Made by a program: the position numbers and the translations under genes
In this document: positions 28,137 through 39,252 of the stretch, piece by piece
How positions within the stretch are numbered: the stretch's first letter is position 1
How the letters are laid out: every line of letters starts with the position of its first letter
Notes under the pieces: model-generated
Database searches by the model: none
Told to the model about the DNA's origin: nothing
Seen by the model: only the letters and a program-made list of their open reading frames with translations
Assembly: GCA_905331295.1 (NCBI GenBank)
Contig: CAJNYD010000013.1
Span: 206,763 to 270,762 of the forward strand
Source of the DNA: Rotaria socialis
Lineage: Eukaryota
Direction: 5' to 3'
Length of the DNA stretch: 64,000 bases

Positions 28137-31059
28137 TTATAAAGCATCGTAATGAAAACGTTGTGATTGCACTTTTCGTTCACGATCATCCTCGATCTAG
28201 AATAAGACAGAAGTTTTCAGATAGCATCTAATTAAAATAGCTAACCTTTTCTCGATATTGCAATATAGCAAGTACACCTGATAGAACAACTAATGTCACA
28301 CTTAATGCGATACCTGTGTGTAAAATCATCCGACTAGGTGTTATGAATAGTTTACTATGCCATCTACAAGTAATTTATTTTTCATTCTGTATGTTTTTGT
28401 TTGTTGAAACTCACTTTTCTGGATTCGTTAATGGCGATGGTACAACAACGATTTGTGAATTCGGAATCATTTGTGTATATGTTCGAATTAATTGATTCTA
28501 TAGACAAAACATCGACGAATTTATATACATACGTATGTAGATATTCGTCATACAAACCGATTGACTATTCGGTGGGATAGCAACTGTAATTTTTTCGACG
28601 AAATTCGGTGTTGCACCAAGACCAATTATTACATAAGGCAATTCAAGGGTTAATTGACCCGATTGAGACATTTGAACAGCTAAAAATACGGATATAAAAG
28701 TTTGTTGCAAAAAAAACAAAAACAAAGCGTTAGTTCGAATTATTTCTAATTAGCTATTTTTAATGCTCGTATCATTCTCTACTTTCAAATCATACTGTAG
28801 ATTCATAATTGCAACTATTCTATAAAACAATAATACATAGTCTTGATTATCCAGGTAGTTTTATTTCATTTTGTCTAGTAAAATGAAATTTTCCCGTCTC
28901 TCTCTCTCTCCTATTGACATACCTGATAATTGAATCCAATTATCTTTAATGCCATCTAAAATTGTTATTGTTTCCATCTTAATTGATTGTCCAGGTTGAT
29001 CATTGCCGTAAGGCTGAAAGAGAAATTTGGTCGCAACTATTTTTTGTTCTGACAAAAATTTACTAACCAATTTACGTTGATGAGAACAAGTATCACACGA
29101 AAAAGTGCTAAGAACTAAAATGAATAAATTTTTAGAAAAAATATATAAATCTGTATCTTAATTTACCCATCACTTTAATAAAATGCACATCTTGAAAAAG
29201 AGAATTTTGAAAACCAATCAATTGAAAGTTCTGTTTTGAACTTCCTTGTAAAACGAGTAAATCTGGATAACCCTTTAGATAACGAAAAGCAAATAATTAA
29301 AATGATATTATTTTATCCGAGAAGAAATTTTACATCTTCCAAAACATCAAAGAAGACGGCAAGCGTTGTATTTGTTGCTGCTAAAACATAGATTTCATCT
29401 ATTTGAGGTGCAAATGTTCGATTGTAAGTACAATTTCCACTATTAGCATCACTACAAGCACGATTTTGAAGTATAATCGAAACAGTATTGCCATTTGAAC
29501 TAAAATTGGAGACAATTTCTTTATAGATCGTTCCTATTCATCGGTTTTTCACACTTTATAGATCTCAAGAGACCTTTCATCGTTAACTGTTATTATCATT
29601 CATCATTATCACGAAAAAAACTCATACCTGTTTTTCATAACGGCCACCATGTCTGGAAAACCATCAAGATTATAGTCGGCTACTTTAATGCTAATAGGTA
29701 TTTGATCGAATGGCGGTGGAAATTCATTCTTCGAAGGAAATCTTAAGTCTTTGCCGAAATCAATTGGTAATTGATACCACTAAAATAATCGTATTTATTG
29801 AATTGAAGTTTCATTCTGATTGAAATTTTTTACATACTTTATTATTATCGCGTACATAAATTCGACTATCTGAGCAATCGAAATTCATACAAACTGGTAG
29901 AATATGTTCTAACTCTCCATCAGCATCTAACAAAACAAAAAACATGATATATTATTAGTATGAAATATATTTTATTGTTTACCTATATCAGCAAATGTTG
30001 ATAGATGACAAATAGCAACATCGTCTGGCGGATCGTATTCAACAATTAATGTCATTTTAGTGATTGGTAATTCGTAAAGACGAAATTTTGGTTTATTATT
30101 ATGATTAATTGTTAAAAATAAATCTAATATGGAAAAATAAAAACAATCCTAATTGATGTTTAGAATAAGTCTAACCTGCAACAAGATCATGATTAAGATC
30201 AACTGTAGCTTGTGTGGAACTTGGAAAAAGATCATCGACATTATTTAACGTTTCGACATTATATACAGTACGATTTTTGCTTCAAAAGAAAAAAAATAGA
30301 AAATTATTTCTGAGATAAAAATTATTCTTACAAAATTAAACAAGCTGGTTTAAAATTAATTTGATCATTACTTATCATTCCTAACAATTCAACATAGGAG
30401 TCACCATTTGCACTGACGAGAATACGAATGATTCATTTTGAAGTAGATTAAAACACGATCAACTTACTCAAGAGTTGTTGGTATTGTTTGAAATGAATAA
30501 GTTATTGGCTGAAGATCACCTAGAAATAAAGAATCTTTCGATTTTCTAGAGAACCAATAGAAGAACAAAAACTGAATTACTACGTACTTAATTTGACTCG
30601 ATCGCCCCATAAGAAACCGCCACTATAGAAGCTTTCATCGGATTTTGTTTTATAAATGATAAATAGATCTAGTTTACTGTCGCCATCAAAATCAGCTGCT
30701 AACGCATCATAAATGATTCCTCTAAGTTCATGAAAAACAATAGATCAATAAAATTTATTTTTCATGTTCACATACGTGATATTCGCTATATACTGTACTT
30801 TCGATGTTGGCGAACGATCATCATTAAGCATTACTACAATACTATTAGCTTTTGTATTTCGACAAAAAATATCAACAATTTTATCGGCATTAAAATCACC
30901 AAATGCTAATGGTATACAATCATCGATAGCATATTTTTTATTATTACTAAAATGTCCAACAAATACATTTTCTTTTGTAATTTTTTTTGTCTGACCATTT
31001 ATTGCATGAATAATAAAACAAATGATCAATAAATAACGAAATGTATTCTCATAATTCAT
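28137..31059 (-). CDS. ITFG1: T-cell immunomodulatory protein / LINKIN (FG-GAP repeat type I membrane protein)
   Basis: Signal peptide; PLAFGDFNADKIVDIF; ADFDGDSKLD; ADYNLDGFPD; LELPYVIIGLGATPNFVE; MIPNSQIVVVPSP; TM segment; C-terminus DDRERKVQSQRFHYDAL*. Confidence 0.92.
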
Positions 31060-31336
31060 ATCATCTAGAAAAACATGAAATTCATGATTGATTTTTCCGA
31101 TCGTCGTATGAATTTAAGACATCTTTTAAGTTGGAAAAAAAAGTAAATACTGTCTGCTAAAAACAGTCAAACTTCTATGTGTACATCTGGCTGGCTAGCA
31201 GCCTTTGTCCAATGATATTCTTCATCTTGATTATTTATTTATTATACTCATCGATTCAATTGAGTAAACAAGTGACATCTACCTAGTCGATTAGCGTATA
31301 ATAAATATTTATTTTATTATCACAAATCTCAAATTA

Positions 31337-32065
31337 TCAAGCCATCAACGTCTTGACGAGATCGTCGAACAGATCAAAACTCATTTTTCCATCATTGTTT
31401 TTCAGTTTGTACATTGCGTACCAACTTTCGTCAGCTTCTGGATGTGGTCCAACCATTCCGACACGTCCTTTTCCATTATTTTGCACAGCTGCTGCAATCT
31501 CACCATTGGTGTATACGGCAAGGATTTCTGCAGGTGCTGCTGTTCGATCGATCATTAAACGAGTACCATCTTGAAAGTAGACATGTCTCAGTATTCCTCG
31601 CCAATACAGAGGTACCACAGTATCGATTTCACTAGTGATAAGAGCGCCTTTTGATGTAATGTATTGGTCGGTTTGTCCTCTACCTGGAAGTAGATCAAAA
31701 CCGGGTAAAGTACCAGCCAAATAAGCACCAAGACAGGTACCAAGATATCTTCCACCATTACGAACATAATCACGAAGAGGTGACGCATATCGACGGACAT
31801 GAGGCCACGTTTCATCTAGATCACCTCCACCTGGTTGTACGTATAACTGTGCCATAGATAATGTATCCTTATTTACATCCAGTTGTTCCTTAGGTCCAAC
31901 ATAGATAATTTGATATTTCGATCGTAAACGGTCGGCGATCGTCTCTGAACAACCATGGCACGCAGCAGGACCTCGGTAAATCAAAGCAATAGGGAGGGCA
32001 AGAGTGCCAAGTTCGAGCAAACTTGCTATAAAAAGTAACCCAAGAAGAAAAATATAGCAGTGCAT
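31337..32065 (-). CDS. Intronless secreted BPL_N / class I glutamine amidotransferase-like protein, HGT candidate
   Basis: ALIYRGPAAC.GC, YVQPGGGD, GGRYLGTCLGAYLAG (nucleophile Cys), YFQDG, GRVGMVGPHPEA (His-Pro-Glu). The hydrophobic leader starts at Met 32065 (ORF track starts at 32125). No introns and visibly more GC-rich than its flanks. Confidence 0.85.
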   Translation of the reverse strand: MHCYIFLLGLLFIASLLELGTLALPIALIYRGPAACHGCSETIADRLRSKYQIIYVGPKEQLDVNKDTLSMAQLYVQPGGGDLDETWPHVRRYASPLRDYVRNGGRYLGTCLGAYLAGTLPGFDLLPGRGQTDQYITSKGALITSEIDTVVPLYWRGILRHVYFQDGTRLMIDRTAAPAEILAVYTNGEIAAAVQNNGKGRVGMVGPHPEADESWYAMYKLKNNDGKMSFDLFDDLVKTLMA

Positions 32066-32428
32066 ATTCGTCAGAAGAAAATACCCAAATGCTTGTCGTC
32101 TATCTTTTTCTTTAAAGTGCATCACGAGATTAATTTCTTCTCATTTTTCAATTAAAAAGAGATGCATCCTCTTCTTGTTTTGTTTTTCATCGCATCTACG
32201 GAATATGGTAACCGGTGTCATTTCTTCAAAAACAATCAAAAAGAAAATGACGTATACCCTATATCTTGGATATTCTGTTCTACATCAGAACTATATGAGT
32301 ATGACATGAGCCTGATATTCATTCAATTTATTATTATACTGCATGTGCATCGTTTGAGATCTATGTTAATAAGTACATGAGTCACGGATTCCTGATCTCG
32401 AGCGCAAATTTTAAGTAAAATTGTATTT

Positions 32429-33887
32429 TCAATCAATGGAATTTATTCTAGAAAATCGTTGAACACGGTTATTCCAAAAATCGACGACATAAAGATTACC
32501 GTGCCGATCGAGAGACAAACCATCGAGGGAGTTGAACTGATTTGCTCCTGGTCCTAGACCGTTTCCACCTACAATTACAGTGCCTTGTTTCGCTCCTTGA
32601 GTCCAACGCATGACACGATGATTCGCCGAGTCTGCTACATAGAGTGTACCCAATGTATCGATGAAGAGTCCTTTAGGACCATTCAATTGTGTCAGAGCAT
32701 TTCCTCTGCCTTGACCTCCAGCGACGACGATGCCTTCTTTTGCACCTTTAGTCCATTTCATCACACGATTATTTCGTTCGTCTGATACGTAGACATTCTG
32801 TTGTTGATCGACAACGAGATGTCTCCGCTCTTTCAGTTGACTGAGACCATTTCCACCAACCACGAGAGTGCCATTCTTCTCGCCCAATTGATATCGTCTT
32901 ACTTCATCTTTCTCAACGTCAGAGACGTAGAAATATCTCTGATCATCCATAGCCAATCCTCGGCAGTGAATGTTGTCAATGAGGATTTCTCCTTGTGTTG
33001 TGTCACTACGACGAGACCATCGTACGACTCGTGGATTCCCATATTCGCAAATAATGAGACTATCCGACACTTTGTCAATCAATACATCAGTTGGGCGATT
33101 CAATTGATGCAATCCGTTTCCACGGCCATTGCCACCAACAACTACTTCTCCATTCGTCGCATTGCCATTCTTCCATTGAATGATGCGATCATTACCCAAG
33201 TCAGCAATGACCACTGTTTGATCATCATCAACGAAGAGACCATGAGGGCGGTTGAGCTGATTGGTGGCACTACCTTCCCCATTGCCTCCAGCAACAGTCA
33301 CTCCGTTTTGTATCCATTTGGCATTTGCAGGAATATTAACTACAAGCGAGATAAATTAAAGGGTGTGGGTGTGGTGTGGATGGTAGTGAGTGTCTTGTTG
33401 TCCATGCATCTCCACCACGCGCTCAGTATTATGTTCTCTTACTTGTTATCGGTGGACAGAATTGTTTATTGTAATTCGGTACTGGATAGCAAACAGGAAT
33501 ATCACGACATTGAGGATGATGAACACATATATGATCAGACTGACTGCAATTATTCGTTGAATGGTCGCACGATGTCAACTCTGAACATGTCACTGTGTAT
33601 CGATCAGTACAAATTCCAGTGTTAGAAGCACCAGGTACATGGAAACAGGCGCATGCCGAATTGCGTGAGCATCGATCATATTGAGACATACCATCACATG
33701 ATTGTGATTTGACTCGAACTATCGATATAGTAAATAAATTACAAGAAATCTATTATGAAAACAAGCATCTAACCTGTGAAGCTAAAAAAAAGAAAGATCT
33801 TTCAATGCTCGATAAGTAAGAAAGTCATAGATTTTTGGTTTACCTGAATAGAACGAGTATGAAGCAATCCAGAAGTATTGAAAACAT
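32429..33887 (-). CDS. Secreted Cys-rich + NHL-repeat beta-propeller protein
   Basis: Leader exon MFSILLDCFILVLF; Cys-rich exon ~33440-33720; then NIPANAKWIQNGVTVAGGNG..QLNRPHGLFVD and repeated P.G/D...D..G.LYVAD..N.RV NHL units ending NNRVQRF. Confidence 0.88.
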
Positions 33888-34401
33888 TGATGCGGTTAAA
33901 ATGAGATAAAATAATGGTATTAATCATTCTTATATCTAATCAATAGATGCTCGTTTTTAGATTCGCTGTTATGTAGCTCTTCGATAATTAGAAATTTGAT
34001 ATTGCTCCAACTCTTACTTAAGCATTTCATTCTTCTCCGTAAAAGAAAATAATCCTTAAAGAAGAAAACAAAAACAAATGTAATGAAAGAAATAACCGAT
34101 TCTTTTCTATTGCTATTTCTTCGTTGATGTATAAAAAAAATGGGAAAAGCCATGAACGAATTGTTCTGTAATTTCGAGACCAACTGTTGCCCATATTGAT
34201 AATACAATCAGATGACATTTTTGTTCATTATTACTGTCAAATAAAATCCAGCGATACCTACGATAGGAGATTGCGTGTTAATTGAATCGAGTAATTTGAT
34301 CTTCATCATTAATTTTTCATATTATAAAGTCGAGCCTGAAAAGAAACCATTTTAATCCCTTGCAAATTTTTCGAATTAATAGACTGATTGTAGAGTCCTC
34401 T

Positions 34402-34673
34402 GGGGTAATTCGGATCAAAATTTTGAAAATTCATTTTGTTTTTATTCTTTCTCAGATGCGAAGCATAGCATTATGTAATCCGACATCGTACTGAAAACAT
34501 GTGCTTTCCAATCAATTGAAGATTTTTCGTAGTAGGAGATACGGATTCTTGCTTCGCATCGCATCGCTTTTCGTATACGAGTGACACTCGAAAGAATCAT
34601 CGAAAACGATTATACTGGTAAAAAGTATCAGGGAAAATGTCAAAAATAGTGTGAAGCTGATCCGAATTACCTC
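34402..34673. mobile_element. MITE-like element bounded by GGGGTAATTCGGATCA inverted repeats
   Basis: ggggtaattcggatca at 34402-34417 and tgatccgaattacctc at 34658-34673; further copies of the motif at ~34678 (degenerate) and 34711-34725. Confidence 0.6.
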
Positions 34674-34799
34674 ACATGGGGTGATTCAGATTATTCTATG
34701 AATTTAGGTAGGGTAATTCGGATCACTACAGCAAAAATTGTTGGACTCATTTTTCCCATCTCTTAACTCCTTGTTGTTATTCGAAATAACAAGAAGAGC

Positions 34800-35620
34800 A
34801 AGCTTTGTGTAAGGCTCTTTATCTGAAATTTTACGAACTTGCTTCCGTATACCTGAAAACACGGCTTGTACAACTTTCATGTCAATTTATTTTTATTTCT
34901 TAATAATTTGTCCCTTCCGTTGATCAATTTTTTGTCTTCCAGCCTCCTTCATACATCATATCATTAAATATTGACCAAAGAGATTCGATTGGACGTCATA
35001 CTGGACAGTTTTGAGGTTTTGCGTGGCAAATAAAGGTTTTGAAACAACATTTTCAGATAGTGCATATCCAAACTATTATTTTTGGCTCAAATTTTAGAAT
35101 TTTTTTAAAAATTTTATTTCTGGCGATATGGTACTTGTATCCAATGTATAAAAAACACGATTACTTGGTACAGATATTCATTGTGCAACATAACATATTT
35201 TTCGTTGTCCATAACTAATTCAAAATCACCTTTGAACAATAAGCGATATAAGCGACGAGTCAAATTATCAGTATATCTTAGCGCTCTTTTTTTCTTATGA
35301 TATTTTATACCCACAGCTTTTAAATGATCTCAAATAGTTTTGAAACTAAATATAATATGCCGTTCGAAGTGGTGCTTTCTCTTGTAAAAAATGATTCACG
35401 CGGTAATTTTCTTTTGTCTGTTCGCCACATTGATGGAATGTGTACAATTCGAGCTTTTAAGCAATCTCTTTCAAAATGAGTCATATCTATAAAACAAATC
35501 AATTATACAACAGTTTTTATATCAAATTTAAGCTCTTCGAGTGCACTATTAGATGATGCAAAAAAACTAGAAAATGTCCAATTCGTTATGATGATGATGA
35601 TCGAAGTCCATGGCAAGTTG
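34800..35620 (-). pseudogene. Tc1/mariner-superfamily transposase pseudogene
   Basis: Fragments MGIKYHKKKRA...RRLYRLL..DFELVMDNEKY (first catalytic D region), frameshifted SVPSNRVFYT...FEPKIIVW, then KPQNCPV*RPIESLWSIF..MYEGGWK (C-terminal DDE motif). Contains stops, frameshifts and an internal deletion; ends approximate. Confidence 0.75.
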
Positions 35621-36340
35621 TAGATGAATTTTTGATTTTATTATGTTTCTGCAAGAACAATACTGGCGTTTTTTTTACAATATTATCTGTGTTCTTTTCA
35701 TGTACATTCCATATTTGACTATAACAGTTTTAGTGATCTTTTTGTTTTTATTATTCATTTATTGCCCATAAATGTAAATGTTAGTAAATTAGAGTTTACG
35801 TTTTTCATTATCTAACTATGATGTTATAAGCCGAATACACTGGCTAAAGACTTTTCAATCCAATAAATTCACGAGAATTACTGTGAATAGTATAATAACA
35901 TTTGATAAAAATTTAAGAATTTGAGTTGTTTTAATGCATTAATATTTAGATGTCGACTTAGATATTATACGACTCAAATGTAGTGTTTGACTTCGCAAAA
36001 CACAACTATTATGTCCAAAAATACCATTAACCTGGCATCTTCAAGATCAGCGTTGTAATGAAAGACGAAAATTTTGTCCTATAATAAGTGGATTACGTGT
36101 CCCATCTAGTATGTGACATATGTCTTCTCAAAATAAACCAATTGATGAACGATATAGCTCAAATATTCAGTAGATATATCAGAAACGTATAAATGTATAT
36201 TCGAAAGATATCGAAAACACATTTTTGATATGTGGTAAGGTTGTGACCATTATATTTTAAAAACAAATCATTTACATGTTCAAAATGCGTATAAGCTATT
36301 CATAAAACTGTTCAGAAGGTATGCAAAAATTTTCAAGGAT

Positions 36341-36416
36341 ACACCCAAACTATGTGAGAATAGGGTGTGGGTGTGGGTGTCAGTCTTCTTATAACACTCA
36401 TATCCATCCACACCCT
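36341..36416. repeat. GGGTGT/ACACCC (telomere-like) repeat cluster
   Basis: acaccc ... tagggtgtgggtgtgggtgt ... cacaccc; related clusters at 33361-33380, 37131-37185 and 58913-59136. Confidence 0.6.
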
Positions 36417-37730
36417 TTTGATCGTTATTTTAATTCGTTTTATTACTAAAAAATTCTTTTCATATATAATTAAAAGCATTAGAGTTTTTGATATAAATAT
36501 TTGAATCAATGAACTGAATAATTGTAATATTATCCATATGAATTGATTGGTATAGATGCTGTTTTTTTTGTTTTCTTCAATTGAGTACAAAACTTTCTAC
36601 AGTTCTAAATGATGCCAATATCTTTTTTCATTTTATTCATCGTTAATTTTATCAACAACATGCAAGGTTTATTCATCATAGATTTACAATAATCGAAGGT
36701 ATTTATACGTGAAGATTATGCAAAAGAAGCTTTGAGATTCAAGAAGAGAATGTTGGACGTACTTTCAAGCTATTCTCAAATGTTGTGGCAGATATCATCA
36801 GGATTTAATGATAGATCATATCGAATATAGCAATCCTGTCAAAATTGATTGTAGGATCCTCGTCAAATATATAAATTTTTATAAATATAGACATTTCCAA
36901 CAAGAAATTTGTCTCTCAATAATTCACTTTCAGGTATTTCAAATATTTATCATAACCTGTGTGCCAATGATGATATCATCTGTTCCCATTTCTTTCTATT
37001 CTTTTCTTTTTGGGTATCGCCAAAGATTACCGAATTTCATTTTTTTACATCTTAGTCAGAACTAAGCTATTCCAAAAATGAAATCTTTTTTGAGAATGAC
37101 GTGAAAGTTGTGCATTTTACTACGAATCGAAGTGTAGGTGTGGATGTGTGTAAACCCCTTCGACCTACATCAACACCCATATCCATCAAGGAACCTCTAA
37201 TACATTAAAATGCGTTAACGAAATCATTGAAACGACATTTTAATATTATTCTAACTTATTTTAACTTGTTTTTTAAAGATACTTGTCTGACTGGGTATGA
37301 GTATGAATTTCCTCTCACTTATTCTATTGAATCGGACTAAACTGACGCCGGGTTGTTCACGAAAAAGTTTTACCCTCGGCAAAGCTTTTCAGTTACACGC
37401 ATGTATAAAGAAATTGGTGTAGCACTCATAGCGAGCGGGACGGTATGATTCTGTCGTTCTCCGGAGAGAAAGAATATAAAAAGAAAAAAGCAAGACTGAA
37501 AGTCGCTACCTTTCTCTATAATGTTGTCCTGTTACAGCTGCCTAGCCTACTCGACGATACATTCATTATTTCTATTTAAATGACGTATACTTATCAAACA
37601 TGAATTGTTCGAGAACAAATAGAAACTGCTCTCGTTAGAAAATAGAAGTAACTAAACAAGAGACGCAAGGCAAGAAAGGAATCGTAAGAACCGTATCCTT
37701 CTGATTTTTCACATTTCAAATAAAAACATT

Positions 37731-37851
37731 ATGGCACCGGCATTGAGTTTAAGCGACAGTGAGGATGCCTACAATAATGTATATGCAGATGAACCAGATC
37801 ATAAAAGCTCGTGGACCCACGAATTAGTTGCTGGTGCTGCTGGTTTTGCTG
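37731..37851 (+). CDS. First exon of a CipC/DUF3759-family protein (fungal-type); rest not found
   Basis: MAPALSLSDSEDAYNNVYADEPDHKSSWTHELVAGAAGFA followed by consensus donor G|GTAAGT; matches the CipC pattern AY.QVY....H.S..SHEL.AGAA.FA. Confidence 0.75.
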
Positions 37852-38128
37852 GTAAGTCCGAAGGTTACGCAAGAGAAAACATATTTCTCAATTCCTGATT
37901 GAAATCATCTTGTCAAAATTTCCCTAGTGAAAACAATAATTAATTCGTGTCGAAGTTCGATCTAAGTGTGCCTCCAGTAGTTCAACAACGTAATTACTGT
38001 GAGGCATACTTTAAAATGATGATTAGACGCATATTATTCTACATTTTTCTCATAGTGCACGTTTTTCAGTATTAATGGATTTATGATAAGTGAAATATAA
38101 ATTAAATATATAAATTGACATCCCCGCC

Positions 38129-38630
38129 CAGTGACGTAGCCAGGGGGGTGGCCATTGGGCAATTGCCCAATGATAAAACAGGTATTGCCCAATAGATTTT
38201 TCAGGCAATAGCAATGGCCCAACACCAAAAATATTGATATACATGCATGTTTAAAAATTAAGATCATTTTATTTTAACGCTGATTGCTGTTGAAATATAT
38301 TCAAATAATCGAGAAAAGTCAATTGACGATATTTTCCACCGAAGCAATAATCAAAATAATGACAATTCCATCATATTTTAACCTGAAAGAAACTTATGCC
38401 CTCACTTAAAGTTAGTGATAAAGATATAAGTGCATATTTATGAATCTTGCGAGAGAACATATAATTCTTTCGAACGCAAACGATAGACGTAGCTTAAACC
38501 GAATACTTGAACGGTGTAAGTTTGGACAATACTTTCATAATTTGATTAATAAAAATTCCAATTCGCAAAAGAAGATGTTAATGAGTGCCGTTTGAAAATT
38601 TCACTTAGCAGTTAGTAGTAACAGTAATGG
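38129..38630 (+). mobile_element. hAT-like transposon left end, degraded
   Basis: Begins CAGTGACGTAGCCAGGGGGGTGGCCATTGGGCAATTGCCCA, a typical hAT terminus plus GC-rich subterminal repeats; the matching right end was not found. Confidence 0.5.
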
Positions 38631-38633
38631 AAT

Positions 38634-39041
38634 CCCGTGTAAAAAAATTAAGGGTATAATCAGATTAAAATCGATTACAAAATGATTAAAACTCGATTAA
38701 AATCATACACATTTTAATCAATTTTTAATCAAAAATAATCGAAAAAATCAAAGTTTCATTGATTATTTTGATTAATTTCGATTAAAGTTGATTAAAATTC
38801 ATGAAAAAATCAATTAAAATTGATGAAAACTAATTGAAGATTTTTTACGCATAAAGGGCAGAAATCAATTGAAATCGTTTTTTCCATGAATTTTTAATCA
38901 ATTTTAATCGAAATTAATCAATGAAATTTTGATTTTTTCGATTATTTTTGATTAAAAATTGATGGAAAGGTGTATGATTTTAATCGAGTTTTAATCATTT
39001 TGTTTTTAATCTAATTATACCCTTAATTTTTTTTACATGGG
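38634..39041. mobile_element. ~408 bp foldback MITE, CCC...GGG termini, 2-bp AT flanks (CMC/EnSpm-like)
   Basis: at|cccgtgtaaaaaaattaagggtataatcagattaaaa ... ttttaatctaattatacccttaattttttttacatggg|at; the two arms are complementary over most of their length. Confidence 0.8.
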
Positions 39042-39152
39042 ATGATAATATATAGTTCAGAGGACTCAGAAGATGTACAGATAACCAAAAAATATCAGCC
39101 GTTAAAAAACTTACAAGGCTGAAAGGACTAGCTAGGAATAAAATATAGAGCA

Positions 39153-39252
39153 NNNNNNNNNNNNNNNNNNNNNNNNNNNNNNNNNNNNNNNNNNNNNNNN
39201 NNNNNNNNNNNNNNNNNNNNNNNNNNNNNNNNNNNNNNNNNNNNNNNNNNNN
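39153..39252. other. Assembly gap (100 N)
   Basis: Run of N. Confidence 1.

Noticed and set aside
32801..33625. 274-aa plus-strand ORF
   Set aside because: Antisense shadow of the GC-richer NHL gene; no recognisable motifs
34402..34725. Repeated GGGTAATTCGGATCA as a possible CRISPR-like array
   Set aside because: Irregular spacing, mixed orientation, eukaryotic context and no cas genes; better explained as transposon termini
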